Source of the DNA: an uncultured Chloroflexia bacterium
GTDB lineage: Bacteria; Chloroflexota; Limnocylindria; Limnocylindrales; CSP1-4
Length of the DNA: 64,000 nt
Assembly (NCBI GenBank): GCA_963729175.1
Contig: CAVSMY010000015.1
Span: forward strand, 5,841-69,840
Direction of reading: 5' to 3'
Part shown: positions 41,587 through 51,791 of the stretch, one piece after another
Layout: every line of letters begins with the position of its first letter
Position numbering within the stretch: the first letter of the stretch is position 1
The notes under the pieces: generated by a model
Database searches by the model: none
Seen by the model: only the letters and a program-made list of their open reading frames with translations
Told to the model about the DNA's origin: nothing
Translations under genes and position numbers: made by a program

Positions 41587-42381
41587 TCAGCCCTTGCGAC
41601 CCCCGACCGTCCGGACGACCCCGGACATCAGCTTCGTGGCACGGCGTGCCGCATCAGGCGACAGCCGCGACAGGCTGTTCACGAGCGCGAGGACATCCTC
41701 GTCGGGCAGCCCGTCAAGGAGTCGGACCAACCGCAAGACCGTGGCATCGTCGATCCGATCAAGAAGGACGAGGATCCGCTCCAGCTGGCGGGGCTCGACC
41801 TGCGGCACAAGGCCGATCGCCCGGTCGAAGAGCCGGACGAACGCGAGGAACGCCGCGAGCCAGTCGCGCAGCTCCGCGAGCTCGGCGTCGGCCGGGTTGG
41901 CCGCGGCGGCTCGCGTCGCGTCGGAGGCGGTCGCCTCGAGGACCGACACGATCGGATCGCCCTCGCGCGACTTGCGCTGAGCGACGACCCGTCCGAACCA
42001 GCGCCACGGATCGTTGACGGCGAGATACGCGACGCCGGCGGGACCCCGTCGACCGACCCGGCGCGGCTCCGGGACCCGCTCGACGAGTCCCCAATCCGCC
42101 GCCTCGTTGAGTGCCAGGCTCGCCGCGCGATGCGATAGCCCGAGGGCCTCACGGACCTCCCGCTCCGTCAGCGGCGCGCGCCGGCTCATGAGGTACGCGT
42201 GCACGCGAGCGATCGCGGGAGCGACTCCCCAGGCCGCGCCCATCTCGCCCCATGCGTCGGCGAGGCGGAGGCGGATCTCCTCGGCCTCGGGCGAGGACGG
42301 GGTCTGGTCGTCGCCCTGGTGGTGCGGCAGCGCGGTCACGATCGAAACATGCGACTTGACAGTAGCCTGTTCTTGACCCAT
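41587..42381 (-). CDS. GbsR/MarR-like winged-helix transcriptional regulator
   Basis: 264 aa. ...ADAWGEMGAAWGVAPAIARVHAYLMSRRAPLTEREVREALGLSHRAASLALNEAADWGLVERV matches the GbsR/MarR wHTH pattern. Start uncertain. Confidence 0.6.
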   Translation of the reverse strand: MGQEQATVKSHVSIVTALPHHQGDDQTPSSPEAEEIRLRLADAWGEMGAAWGVAPAIARVHAYLMSRRAPLTEREVREALGLSHRAASLALNEAADWGLVERVPEPRRVGRRGPAGVAYLAVNDPWRWFGRVVAQRKSREGDPIVSVLEATASDATRAAAANPADAELAELRDWLAAFLAFVRLFDRAIGLVPQVEPRQLERILVLLDRIDDATVLRLVRLLDGLPDEDVLALVNSLSRLSPDAARRATKLMSGVVRTVGGRKG

Positions 42382-42514
42382 AACTTGGTACCGCAGAGTA
42401 GCACGAACTGGAGGTGGTCAGGATGGCAGCCGAGAACCCCTCCGCAGTCGTCTCCGCTCGCCATCATGCGCCGGCCGCCGACCGCTGGCGCGTCGAGCTC
42501 GGCGCGTTCGGCCC

Positions 42515-42865
42515 GTGACTGACCGGCCGGCGTCGCGCGAGCACGGGTTCGCGCTCGGGCTGCTTGCCGGGAGCCTGGCTGGACTCGTCGGGTTGGCATT
42601 CCTCCCGGGTGCCTCGATCGTGGCGCTCGTCGCGATCGTCGTGGGCGGGCTGGCTCGGCCGCGCCCGTGGGGCCTCGCGGGGACGCTGATGGGCACCGGT
42701 GCGAGCCTGGCGGCCGTCCTCTGGCGGGCAGATCAGGCATGCCGACCGGGCGAGTGCGTCGGACCGGATCTCTTGCCTTGGTTCAGCGTTGCGGGGCTGC
42801 TCGTGGTGCTCGGCGGGCTCCTCGTCGGCTCCCTCATCGTGCGAGGTCGTCGGACCGACGATTGA
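42515..42865 (+). CDS. Small membrane protein, unknown function
   Basis: 116 aa with three or four hydrophobic segments (FALGLLAGSLAGLVGLAFL, IVALVAIVVGGL, LLPWFSVAGLLVVLGGLLVGSLIV). Confidence 0.5.
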   Translation: MTDRPASREHGFALGLLAGSLAGLVGLAFLPGASIVALVAIVVGGLARPRPWGLAGTLMGTGASLAAVLWRADQACRPGECVGPDLLPWFSVAGLLVVLGGLLVGSLIVRGRRTDD

Positions 42866-43141
42866 GGCGCGATGCGCCGCCCGGGGTGCATCGGGTGAGG
42901 TTCGTCAGGCGCCCGGTGTGTCGACCACCGTGGCCCGCACCCACGCCTATCACGCTCAGTCGATCGGCTCGGGCGTCAGCGTGCGTGGCCGTCGGCGCGT
43001 CGGGTCATCATCGCCGGGCTGCCACGCTCGCTCGGCCCCAGGATCATCACCGAGCGTGATCAGCCGACATCCGCGGTTTCGCCGCCCACGCTGAGGGAGC
43101 AAGGCGGCACGACCCGTACGGGCGCCACCTATCATCGGGTC

Positions 43142-44758
43142 ATGGCCGTCCTTCGCAGCCGCCTCGACCCGGCGAGCGCGGAGGTCGTCGCCGACCACTT
43201 GGCGATGGACACCCGGGTCACCGAGCTGCGCCGCCGGCTCCACGGGATCAGCGATCGTGGCGCGGCCGGCGATGACCGCTCGGTCGAACGCCATCGCGAG
43301 CGGGGCAAGCTGCCCGTCCGCGAACGGATCGACCGGCTCATCGACCCCGGCTCGGCGTTCCTGGAGCTGAGTCCGCTCGCGGCGGACGGCGTCTACGACG
43401 ACGAGGCGCCCGGCGCTGGCATCGTGACCGGCATCGGCCGGATCGAGGGGACCCTGTGCGTCATCGTCGCGAATGACGCCACCGTCAAGGGCGGCACGTA
43501 CTACCCACTGACGGTGAAGAAGCACCTGCGCGCCCAGGAGATCGCGCTCGAGAACCGCCTGCCGTGCGTCTATCTCGTCGACAGCGGCGGCGCCTATCTG
43601 CCACTTCAGGCCGAGGTCTTCCCGGACCGCGAGCACTTCGGTCGGATCTTCTACAACCAGGCCCGGATGTCGGCCGCGGCGATCCCCCAGGTCGCCGTGG
43701 TGATGGGCAGCTCGACGGCCGGCGGGGCATACGTCCCGGCGATGTCCGACGAGACGGTCATCGTCAAGGGAACCGGCACGATCTTCCTCGGCGGCCCGCC
43801 ACTCGTGAAGGCCGCCACGGGCGAGGACGTGACCGCCGAGGAGCTGGGCGGCTCCGACGTCCATGCCCGCCGATCCGGCGTCGCTGATCACGAGGCCCTC
43901 GACGACGAGCATGCCCTGGCTCTCGGGCGCGAGATCGTCCGGCACCTCGCCCGACCGGCGCCCGAATCGCCGTGGGAGCGACGGCGGTCCGAGCCGCCGG
44001 CGGTCGACCCGGAGGGTGGCGAAGGATCCGCCCACCTCTACGCCACGGTCCCCTCGGACCCCCGCCGGAGCGTGCCGGTCCGTGAGGTCATCGCCCGGCT
44101 CGTGGACGGAAGCCGGTTCCACGAGTTCAAGCCCGAGTACGGCGAGACGCTCGTCGCGGGCTTCGCCCACATCGACGGCTATCCGGTCGCGATCCTTGCC
44201 AACGACGGCATCCTGTTCAGCCAGTCCGCCCTCAAGGGCGCCCATCTCATCGAGCTGGCGACGAAGCGCCGGGTGCCCCTGCTGTTCCTCCAGAACATCA
44301 CCGGGTTCATGGTCGGCCGTGAATACGAGGCCGGCGGGATCGCCAAGGACGGCGCGAAGCTCGTCACCGCCGTCGCCTGCGCCGAGGTCCCGAAGTTCAC
44401 CGTCCTGATCGGCGGCAGCTTCGGGGCCGGCAACTACGCGATGGCCGGCCGGGCCTACGGACCGCGTTTCCTGTGGACGTGGCCGAACAGCCGGATCTCG
44501 GTGATGGGCGGTCCCCAGGCGGCCCGCGTGCTCTCGACGGTCCGCGGCGGCTTCTCTGACGAGGCCGAGCGGGATGCCTTCGAGGCGCCGATCCTGGAAG
44601 CGTACGAGCGCGAGGGGTCGGCCTACTACGCGACCGCCCGGCTATGGGACGACGGGATCATCGATCCGCTCGACACCCGGCGGGTCCTCTCGATGGGCAT
44701 CTCGGCCGCGCTCCACGCGCCGATCCCGGAGACCCGCTTCGGCGTCTTCCGGATGTGA
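43142..44758 (+). CDS. Methylcrotonyl-CoA carboxylase beta (carboxyltransferase) subunit
   Basis: 538 aa. [112 protein letters not shown]. This is the LiuB/AccD1-type pattern. Confidence 0.85.
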   Translation: MAVLRSRLDPASAEVVADHLAMDTRVTELRRRLHGISDRGAAGDDRSVERHRERGKLPVRERIDRLIDPGSAFLELSPLAADGVYDDEAPGAGIVTGIGRIEGTLCVIVANDATVKGGTYYPLTVKKHLRAQEIALENRLPCVYLVDSGGAYLPLQAEVFPDREHFGRIFYNQARMSAAAIPQVAVVMGSSTAGGAYVPAMSDETVIVKGTGTIFLGGPPLVKAATGEDVTAEELGGSDVHARRSGVADHEALDDEHALALGREIVRHLARPAPESPWERRRSEPPAVDPEGGEGSAHLYATVPSDPRRSVPVREVIARLVDGSRFHEFKPEYGETLVAGFAHIDGYPVAILANDGILFSQSALKGAHLIELATKRRVPLLFLQNITGFMVGREYEAGGIAKDGAKLVTAVACAEVPKFTVLIGGSFGAGNYAMAGRAYGPRFLWTWPNSRISVMGGPQAARVLSTVRGGFSDEAERDAFEAPILEAYEREGSAYYATARLWDDGIIDPLDTRRVLSMGISAALHAPIPETRFGVFRM

Positions 44759-44767
44759 TCGCGGCGC

Positions 44768-45634
44768 ATGAAAGTACGGGGATCCGGCTTCGGGTCGTCA
44801 GGCTATCGTCACTCCGTGCGCCACCCACGGCTTCGATGGTTCCGCGCCCTCGGCTTGATCGTCATCGGCGGCTGGCTACTCGCTGGATGCCAGCTCCTCG
44901 GAGCGGGCGGCGGACGGTATCCGGATGCCTGTGCCGAGCTCGGGTTCTCCCCGACGCGTTGCAAGGCCATCGTCGAGTCCAAGCGCGACCAACTGGATAT
45001 CCGACAGGACCAGATCGCCCAGGTCGACATCCTGCCGCCCTCCGGGACCGACACGGCCACGCTGGGTGGGCAGATGGTCGCCCGGGTCCGTTTCCGACTC
45101 GTCGATGGGAAGGTCTCGACACATGAGTTCTGGTGCACGGGCGTCGGCAGTGCGTCGGATCGGGCCTGTCGTGACGATGCCCGGATCACGCTGTACGACG
45201 GCGTCGACGTCGATGTCCCCTGCCCGGGACCGCCGACGAAACCTTCTCCGGTAGGTCCCGCCGGTTGTGCGACCCCGCCGCCGACACCCCGTCCGGCGAG
45301 CCTTGCTCACGCCCGACCCCTCATCGTCCCGAGCCTCGATGTCGCCCTCGACCACGTCGGTCACTACGAAGCGAAGGTGGGCGAGGCGGGTTTGGCCGAC
45401 GGATATCTCAGGGCTCGGACGGCCCGGATCGCAGAGGACCAGCCCGTCGACTTCTGGATCGACGATGGCGTTCGGATCGATGTCCGACCGGTGGATCCGG
45501 ATCGACCGCCTGTCGGAAGCCGGTATCGCGATCCGTACGACGGCGTGGAGCCGGTCGACGTGTTCGTCGTCTTCGATGTCGTCGACGTGTCTCCTGGAGC
45601 AACGCTCGAGATCCGTGACCTCGACGTCGAATGA
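44768..45634 (+). CDS. Lipoprotein, unknown function
   Basis: 288 aa with lipobox WLLAGC after a hydrophobic stretch. Cys-containing mature part. No domain recognised. Confidence 0.6.
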   Translation: MKVRGSGFGSSGYRHSVRHPRLRWFRALGLIVIGGWLLAGCQLLGAGGGRYPDACAELGFSPTRCKAIVESKRDQLDIRQDQIAQVDILPPSGTDTATLGGQMVARVRFRLVDGKVSTHEFWCTGVGSASDRACRDDARITLYDGVDVDVPCPGPPTKPSPVGPAGCATPPPTPRPASLAHARPLIVPSLDVALDHVGHYEAKVGEAGLADGYLRARTARIAEDQPVDFWIDDGVRIDVRPVDPDRPPVGSRYRDPYDGVEPVDVFVVFDVVDVSPGATLEIRDLDVE

Positions 45635-45701
45635 GCGATCCGCCACCGCACCGGAACGGATCACATGGGAACCTGGCCCGTGGGACGGTCGTCGGAGGAC
45701 C

Positions 45702-46254
45702 ATGACGAGGTCCGTCGCCTTCGCCCTCGTTCTCGCGGGGCTGATGCTCAGCGGCTGCGACATGCTTGCGTCGCACGGGCTGCCGGCCATCGGGTCGGCC
45801 CGCAACGCCGTCGGTGACGAGTCGTTCTCGCTGACGATCGAGAGCCCCCGGACGACCTGGTCGACGGGTGAGCCGATCGACATCTCGGCCGAGCTCACCT
45901 ACACCGGCGCCGCGCCGAGCGCGGACGTCTACGGATCGGGCAGCGGGCTGGTCGGCTTCGACATCGACCAGACGGACGGGCCGTTCGACGTCGCCTCCGC
46001 CTCGACCTCGGACTGCGCCCTTCACACGATGACCCGCGGGAAGACCGAGGACATCGCGTTCGTCAAGTCGGGCGGATGGACCCCCGACGATCCACTGGCG
46101 GCCCGGTTGCAGGCGTTCTTCGCCGATCCGGAGCTCCACCTCGCGCCGGGGACCTACACGATCACCGCGCGGCTCGATGCGTTACCTTGGCCAGTGCGCC
46201 GCCGGCACGGCCCACGGGCTCGCGGCCGGCATCACGCTCACCGTCACGGGCTGA
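45702..46254 (+). CDS. Lipoprotein, unknown function; one apparent frameshift near the 3' end (about 46183)
   Basis: GGAGGAC SD, MTRSVAFALVLAGLMLSGC lipobox. After ...TITARLDA the sensible continuation LGQCAAGTAHGLAAGITLTVTG* is in the next frame and stops at 46254. Confidence 0.6.
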
Positions 46255-46325
46255 CTGTGGCCCGGCCCGTCGGGCACCGCCGACCGGGTCCGCCCCTCCG
46301 ACCCGGTCACGTACCATCTGAGCCG

Positions 46326-47633
46326 ATGAACGCTCGCGTCCTCCAGGTCAACGTCTCGCCGGGCGGAGTCCCGAAGCGCCCTGTCGAGGGGCCGGTCCAT
46401 GTCGGCCGGCTCGGACTCGACGGCGACGGCCACGGCGAGCCGACCGTCCACGGCGGGCCGCATCGCGCCGTCTGCCTGTTCGCGTCCGAGGCGATCGGAC
46501 GCGTGGCGGCCGAGGGCAATCCGATCTTCCCGGGATCGTGCGGCGAAAACCTGACGACCGAGGGCGTCGAGCTCGCGACGCTCACGGCGGGGACACGCCT
46601 CGCGATCGGCGAGACCCTGCTCCTGGAGGTCTCGGCGGCCGACGGACCCTGCGAGACGATCGAGGGTTCGTTCGCCGACCGGCGGTTCAGTCGGATCAAC
46701 ATCGCGCTCCACCCGACCGATAGCCGGATGTATGCCCGTGTCCTCGTCGAGGGCTCGGTCCAGGCCGGCGACGCGATCCGGGTCCTGTCCCCCGATCCGG
46801 CCTCGCGAGCCGCGGCCTGGCCCCTCCTCACCAGGATCGAGTCCGCGCGCCGGAAGTTCTGGCTCGCGAACTGGCGCGCCTCGGAGGCGGCCGGCATGGA
46901 CTGCGTGATCGTCGATGACGGGGAGCTCGCGCTGGTCACCGCGCCGGGGATCCCCGGGCCGTGGCGCAACCGGGCCATCGGCCTGACGATCATCCCGAAT
47001 ATGGCGCCGCGGGCGGCGGCCTTCTTCGCCGACCACGGGACGACCGGCTGGGCGGATCTGGAGCCCGATGACGCCATCGCGCTCGGCATCGCGCCGGACC
47101 CCAGCGACGAGCAGACCGACTGGTTCGCCGCCCCGGTCGAGCGGGTGGGTGAGGCGACCGCTCCGGGTGTCACGATCCGGATGATCGGCCCTGACGAGGT
47201 CGGTGCCTGGACGGACCTGATCCTCGAGGCGGCGCCGACCGGCACTGTCCGAGACACGTGGTTCCGACGGACGGCGCCGCATCTGCTCGGGACGCCAGAG
47301 CAGGCCCACCGACGGCTCTTCGTCGCCGAGCTCGATGGCCACCCCGTCGGCGGCGCGGCGCTGGCGGTCGGACGCAAGGTCGGCTGGCTCGCCACCGTGG
47401 GCGTCATGCCCGAGGCACGTGGCCGAGGGATCCAGCGGGCGCTCATCGCCGCCCGAACCGCGGTCGCGGTGGAGCTCGGCTGCGACACGGTGGCGGCTGA
47501 CACGGAGCCCGGCACGATCTCCGCGATGAACCTTGCCGCGATGGGCTTCGAGATCGTCGAGTCGACGGTCCGGGTCAGCCTGCCCGAGGAACCGGTGATC
47601 AAGCCCGAGCTGGCAGCCGCCGGCGCACGCTAG
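46326..47633 (+). CDS. MOSC domain + GNAT acetyltransferase fusion protein
   Basis: The N-terminal LQVNVSPGGVPKRPV...GLDGDGH...HGGPHRAVCLF...GENLTTEGVEL...PCETIE is MOSC/YiiM-like. The C-terminal VAELDGHPVGGAALAV...VGVMPEARGRGIQRALI is a GNAT motif A. Confidence 0.75.
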   Translation: MNARVLQVNVSPGGVPKRPVEGPVHVGRLGLDGDGHGEPTVHGGPHRAVCLFASEAIGRVAAEGNPIFPGSCGENLTTEGVELATLTAGTRLAIGETLLLEVSAADGPCETIEGSFADRRFSRINIALHPTDSRMYARVLVEGSVQAGDAIRVLSPDPASRAAAWPLLTRIESARRKFWLANWRASEAAGMDCVIVDDGELALVTAPGIPGPWRNRAIGLTIIPNMAPRAAAFFADHGTTGWADLEPDDAIALGIAPDPSDEQTDWFAAPVERVGEATAPGVTIRMIGPDEVGAWTDLILEAAPTGTVRDTWFRRTAPHLLGTPEQAHRRLFVAELDGHPVGGAALAVGRKVGWLATVGVMPEARGRGIQRALIAARTAVAVELGCDTVAADTEPGTISAMNLAAMGFEIVESTVRVSLPEEPVIKPELAAAGAR

Positions 47634-47689
47634 ACCCGCGCGGCTCCGGCGAGACGGCCGGCGCGTCAGACCCGGGCCGCGCCGCGGCC

Positions 47690-48463
47690 TCAGCCGCGGA
47701 GATGGAACCGGATCCCGAGGACATCGACGACTCGGGGCTCGATACCCGTCGCCACCAGCCGGACCGTCGCCGTGTCCGACGAGCCGACTCCCGCCATCGA
47801 CGCAGCCATGAGGCGGATCGCGTGCGGCCCGACGCTCGTCTCGCGAGCGCCACGGCCGGCCAGCGACGGACGGACGAGCAGTCCGAGTGACCGGAGATAG
47901 GCCCCCTGCGTCCGGCGGACGGACGACACCGGGATCGTCAGGCCCTCCAGCCGGACCGGGGAACCGAGCGGATGGACGTCCCCGGCGCGAGCCGCGCGCT
48001 CGGCCGCGGTCCACTCGGCCGCGGTCAGGTCGTGCTCGATGAGGAACGGCGGCTCCTCTGGACCGAGATGGCCCGGGGCAGCGAGCGACCAGGCGACGGT
48101 CCGACCGTCGTCGCGGACACGGGCGCCGGGGGTCGGGCCATCCCAGTGGCCGCCGAAGTCGCGCAGCCGGGCGACGTCGGCGGCGAGATCGTCGGAGGCG
48201 AGCGCGAACGTGGCGAGCCCGCCTCCGCGATCGAGCGCCGCGAGCGTCGGGCGACCGATCCACGATCCCGCCGCGAGCGCGTCATCCGTCACGCCGATCA
48301 GCTCCAGATACGCGTCGCCGAGCCAGACGAGCCGATTTGCCGTCCCGAGCGCCGGATGGCGACCGCCGCCAGCGGCCCGGAGTCCGACGGACGCCTCGAG
48401 CGAGGCGGCCGCAGTCTCGGGGTCGCCGACGGCGATGACGATGTGGTCGATCCCGGTGAGCAC
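47690..48463 (-). CDS. Two-domain glyoxalase-like (VOC superfamily) protein
   Basis: 257 aa. MLTGIDHIVIAVGDPETAAASL...NRLVWLGDAYLELIGV...PPFLIEHD is typical of the glyoxalase-like domain family. Confidence 0.7.
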   Translation of the reverse strand: MLTGIDHIVIAVGDPETAAASLEASVGLRAAGGGRHPALGTANRLVWLGDAYLELIGVTDDALAAGSWIGRPTLAALDRGGGLATFALASDDLAADVARLRDFGGHWDGPTPGARVRDDGRTVAWSLAAPGHLGPEEPPFLIEHDLTAAEWTAAERAARAGDVHPLGSPVRLEGLTIPVSSVRRTQGAYLRSLGLLVRPSLAGRGARETSVGPHAIRLMAASMAGVGSSDTATVRLVATGIEPRVVDVLGIRFHLRG

Positions 48464-48560
48464 GGTGTGCAGCGTAGAGGTCGGCTGGCGCGGCGGCGGC
48501 CCGCGCGGAGCCGGAGGCGATCAGGTCGTACACTGCGCTCCGACGTCGCGGGAGGAGGGG

Positions 48561-51500
48561 GTGGACCAGCCGCCAGTCACGGGGGACGCCGCTGCTCCCG
48601 GGGAGGGACCCGAGGTCGCGCCGGACGCGGCCCCGTCGCCCCGCCGCGGTGCCGAGCTGCGCACGTTCCTCATCGCGGACATCCGTGGCTACACCGCGTA
48701 CACCGAGGAACGCGGCGACGAGGCCGCTGCCACGCTCGCCGCGGAGTTCTCCGCGCTCGTCGAGCAGCTCGCCGGCGAGTTCGAGGGTGTCCTGCTCGAG
48801 GTCCGCGGCGACGAGGCGCTCGTCGTCTTCTTCTCCGCGCGCCAGGCTCTCCGGGCCGCGGTCGAGCTCCAGTCCCGGGCCGGCCAGCTCGCCCGGCCGA
48901 TCGGCATCGGGCTCGACGCCGGTGAGGCGATCCCCGTCGGGACCGGCTACCGCGGCACGGCGCTCAACGTGGCGGCACGCCTGTGCGCCCAGGCCAAGGG
49001 CGGCGAGATCGTCGCCTCCGAAGCGGTCATCCACATGGCTGCCCGGATCGATGGCGTCGCCTATGTCGATGCCCGGACGGTCAAGCTCAAGGGGCTCGAA
49101 GAGGCGGTCCGTGCGGTCACGGTCCTGCCCGAGTCGAGAGCCCCGAAACGGCGCTCATCACGTGGCGCGGGTGGATCGCTGCGGCAGCGTCGGATCGCCA
49201 TCCCCGTCGTCGGCGGCGCGGTCGTCGTCGCCGTCTTCGCGGTCGCCGTGCTGACAGGAACGCTCGGGTCCGGACCGTTCACGACCGCGACGCCGCGCCC
49301 GTCTCCGTCGCCGGCGGGCTCGCTGGCGCCAGCGGCGTTCTCGATCCAGGCACCGGCGTTCGCGCTCCTCGACGCGGCGACGGGGTCGCTGGTCGCGCCG
49401 ATCGGCAGCCGCAGCCCGGGTGACGAGGCGATCTTCGCGGGCGGCGCCTTCTGGCAGCTCGAGTCCGATCCCCCGGGCATCCTGCGGATCGACCCCGCGA
49501 CAGGGGGCACGACCTCGATCGGCCTGCCGCTGCGTGACCCGGGTGGGTTCGCCGTCGATGGCACGACCCTGTGGGTCGCCGACCGCGACGGGTCGCGCGT
49601 CGTCCGCATCGACACGGTGTCGGGCACACCGCTGCCAGAGCTGCGCCTCACGAGCGACCCGAACGACGTCTTCGGCGCGGCCGACGTCGTGCTCGCCGGA
49701 GGATCCGTGTGGGTCACCCGGCCGAACCCTGGGGAAGTGATCCGACTCGATCCTGCGGACGGACGGGTCGATCACCTCGATCCCGATCTCCGGCGCCGCT
49801 CGCCTCGCCGTTGACGACGATCGGATCTGGGTCCTCTCGACCGATGGCATCCTGACCGCGATCGACGTCTCTTCGGGCACCCGCGCCGCGATCGACCTCC
49901 GCCTGCCGGCCGACGAGTACGACAGCCTCGCCGTGGGCGGGGGATCGGTGTGGACCGCCGGCCGCCGTCAGGGGACCGTCTACCGGGTCTCCCGCAGCGG
50001 CGACCTCCAGGGCGGCATCCCGACGGGGGCTGGGGCCCAGGCCGTGTCGTTCGCCGATGGGCGGCTATGGGTCGGGAACCAGCATGCCGGCTCGATCAGC
50101 TCGATCACGGCCGACACGGGCAAGGTGAGCGCCCTGCCGACGGGTCAGACCGTCGTCGGGGTGGTCGCCGGCGGCGGTCGTCTGGTCGTCGGCCTCGTCC
50201 CGATGGTCGACCCGTTCGCCGGCCTCGAGGGCAAGGTCCTCCGGATCGCGATCGACGGCGATCCACTCGCCGTCTTCGACCCACCGCTGATCGAAACCTT
50301 CGAGATGTTCCAGATCTCGAACGCGACGTGTGCCGGGTTGCTGAGCTTCAAGGACGAGGGCACGCCCGGCGGCTGGACGCTCCAGCCGGAGCTGGCGGCG
50401 TCGATGCCGGACGTGAGCGATGGCGGCAAGACGTACACCTTCCACATCCGGGAGGGCGTGATGTTCGCACCGTCCGGCGGACCCATCACCGCCGCCGTCC
50501 TGAAGACCTCCCTGGAGCGGGCGATGTCGACGGGCTTCGGGACCCAGTATTCGTTCCCGAACGACCTGCTGAAGGACCTGGTCGGAGCGACCGACCTCAC
50601 GGGCGGCCGAGCTCAGACGATCGACGGCATCGTCGCCGACGGCCAGACGCTGACGCTTCGGTTCAAGCAGCCGGCGGACGACTACCTGACGAAGTTGACC
50701 CTGCCGTTCTTCTGCCCGGTGCCGCCCGACGTCCGGGCGATCCCCGGCGGGGTCAACCCGTCGACCGGCCTCCCGAGCGCCGGACCGTACTACCTCGCAA
50801 GCAAGCTGCGAGACTCGGCGATCCTCAAGCGCGATCCGACCTACAGCGGGCCACGCAAGCCGGTCTTTGACGCGATCGCGATCACCCTGAACCAGGACGT
50901 CCGGACGTCGATCGGTCAGGTCGATGCCGGTCAGCTCGACTACGTCCTGACATACGCCGACGACGCCCTCGCGCCCGACAGCGACCTGGCCAGGACGTAC
51001 GGCCCAGGGACCGCGGACCGACGGTATGTGAACGACCCGACCGGCGACGTGACCGTCCTGGCGATCCCCGGGGCCTTCCAGGCGCGCTCGCCGGGTCCGT
51101 CCCTGGCGAGCCCTTCGGCGGGGAGCCCGACACCGTCCGAGCCGCCCGGGATCGTCACCGACAAGACCGTCCGGCAGGCGATCGCCAGCGCGCTCGATCG
51201 CCCGCGTCTCGCCGCCGATCTCGGTGAGATCCCTGCCGGACGCCTGTTCACCCCGCGGACGCTCGGCTATGTCGACACGCCGCTGCTGCCGGTCGACGGG
51301 CCCGACCTCGAGCGGGCGACGTCGTTGATGGCCGGCCGGACCGGGGCCGTGACACTCGGCTATCCGGACGACTGCCAGAGCTGCCCGGACGTCGCGACAG
51401 AGATCGCAGCCGACCTCGCCCGGATCGGTCTGACCGTCACGTCCGTCGCAGAGGCGAACATCTACTCCGCCGACGAAGACATGCTCCTGCTCGGCGCCGG

Positions 51501-51789
51501 GTATCCGGACATCGATCCGGTCCGCTTCGTCGACTCGCTGCCGACCGCGGATCTGATGCGCCTGTCCGCGGAGGATGCGGCGATGGTCGCGGAGCTCGGG
51601 TTCCTGACCGGCGAGGCGCGCACCAAGGCGGCGGCAGCGCTCGCGGATCGCTGGGCCGCGGAGACGGCGACGATCATCCCGGTGTCGTACGGCGTGTCGC
51701 GCGAGTATTTCTCGGACCGGATCGGCTGCCGGGTCTTCCCGCCATCGATCTTCGCGGTCGACCTTGTCACGCTCTGTCCGAAGGATTGA
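48561..51789 (+). CDS. Receptor-type class III nucleotide cyclase, paralog C1: cyclase domain - 1 TM - beta-propeller-like repeats - SBP_bac_5 solute-binding domain; one apparent frameshift (about 49770)
   Basis: The GTG is preceded by GGAGGAGGGG. Cyclase motifs: RTFLIADIRGYT, LEVRGDEALVVF, IGIGLDAGEA, GYRGTALNVAARL. TM: IAIPVVGGAVVVAVFAVAVL. Six or more repeats of the type G..LWV.....G.v.RID..tG. SBP region: KVLRIAI...LQPELAASMPDVSDGGKTYTFHIREGVMF. Confidence 0.85.
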
Positions 51790-51791
51790 CG

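Noticed and set aside
40593-42017. 474-aa and 377-aa plus-strand ORFs spanning the pdxS-upstream gap and running antisense to the GbsR-like gene.
   Set aside because: Composition is Arg/Pro/Ser-rich with no domain signature. They overlap a convincing minus-strand regulator gene. I treat the gap as non-coding.
42356-42386. Promoter-like TTGACA-N17-CATAAC (with TAACTT overlapping) in the relatively AT-richer patch upstream of the 42515 membrane-protein gene.
   Set aside because: It lies inside the first codons of the annotated start of the minus-strand regulator, and the -10 element is weak. Without TSS data it cannot be told apart from chance.
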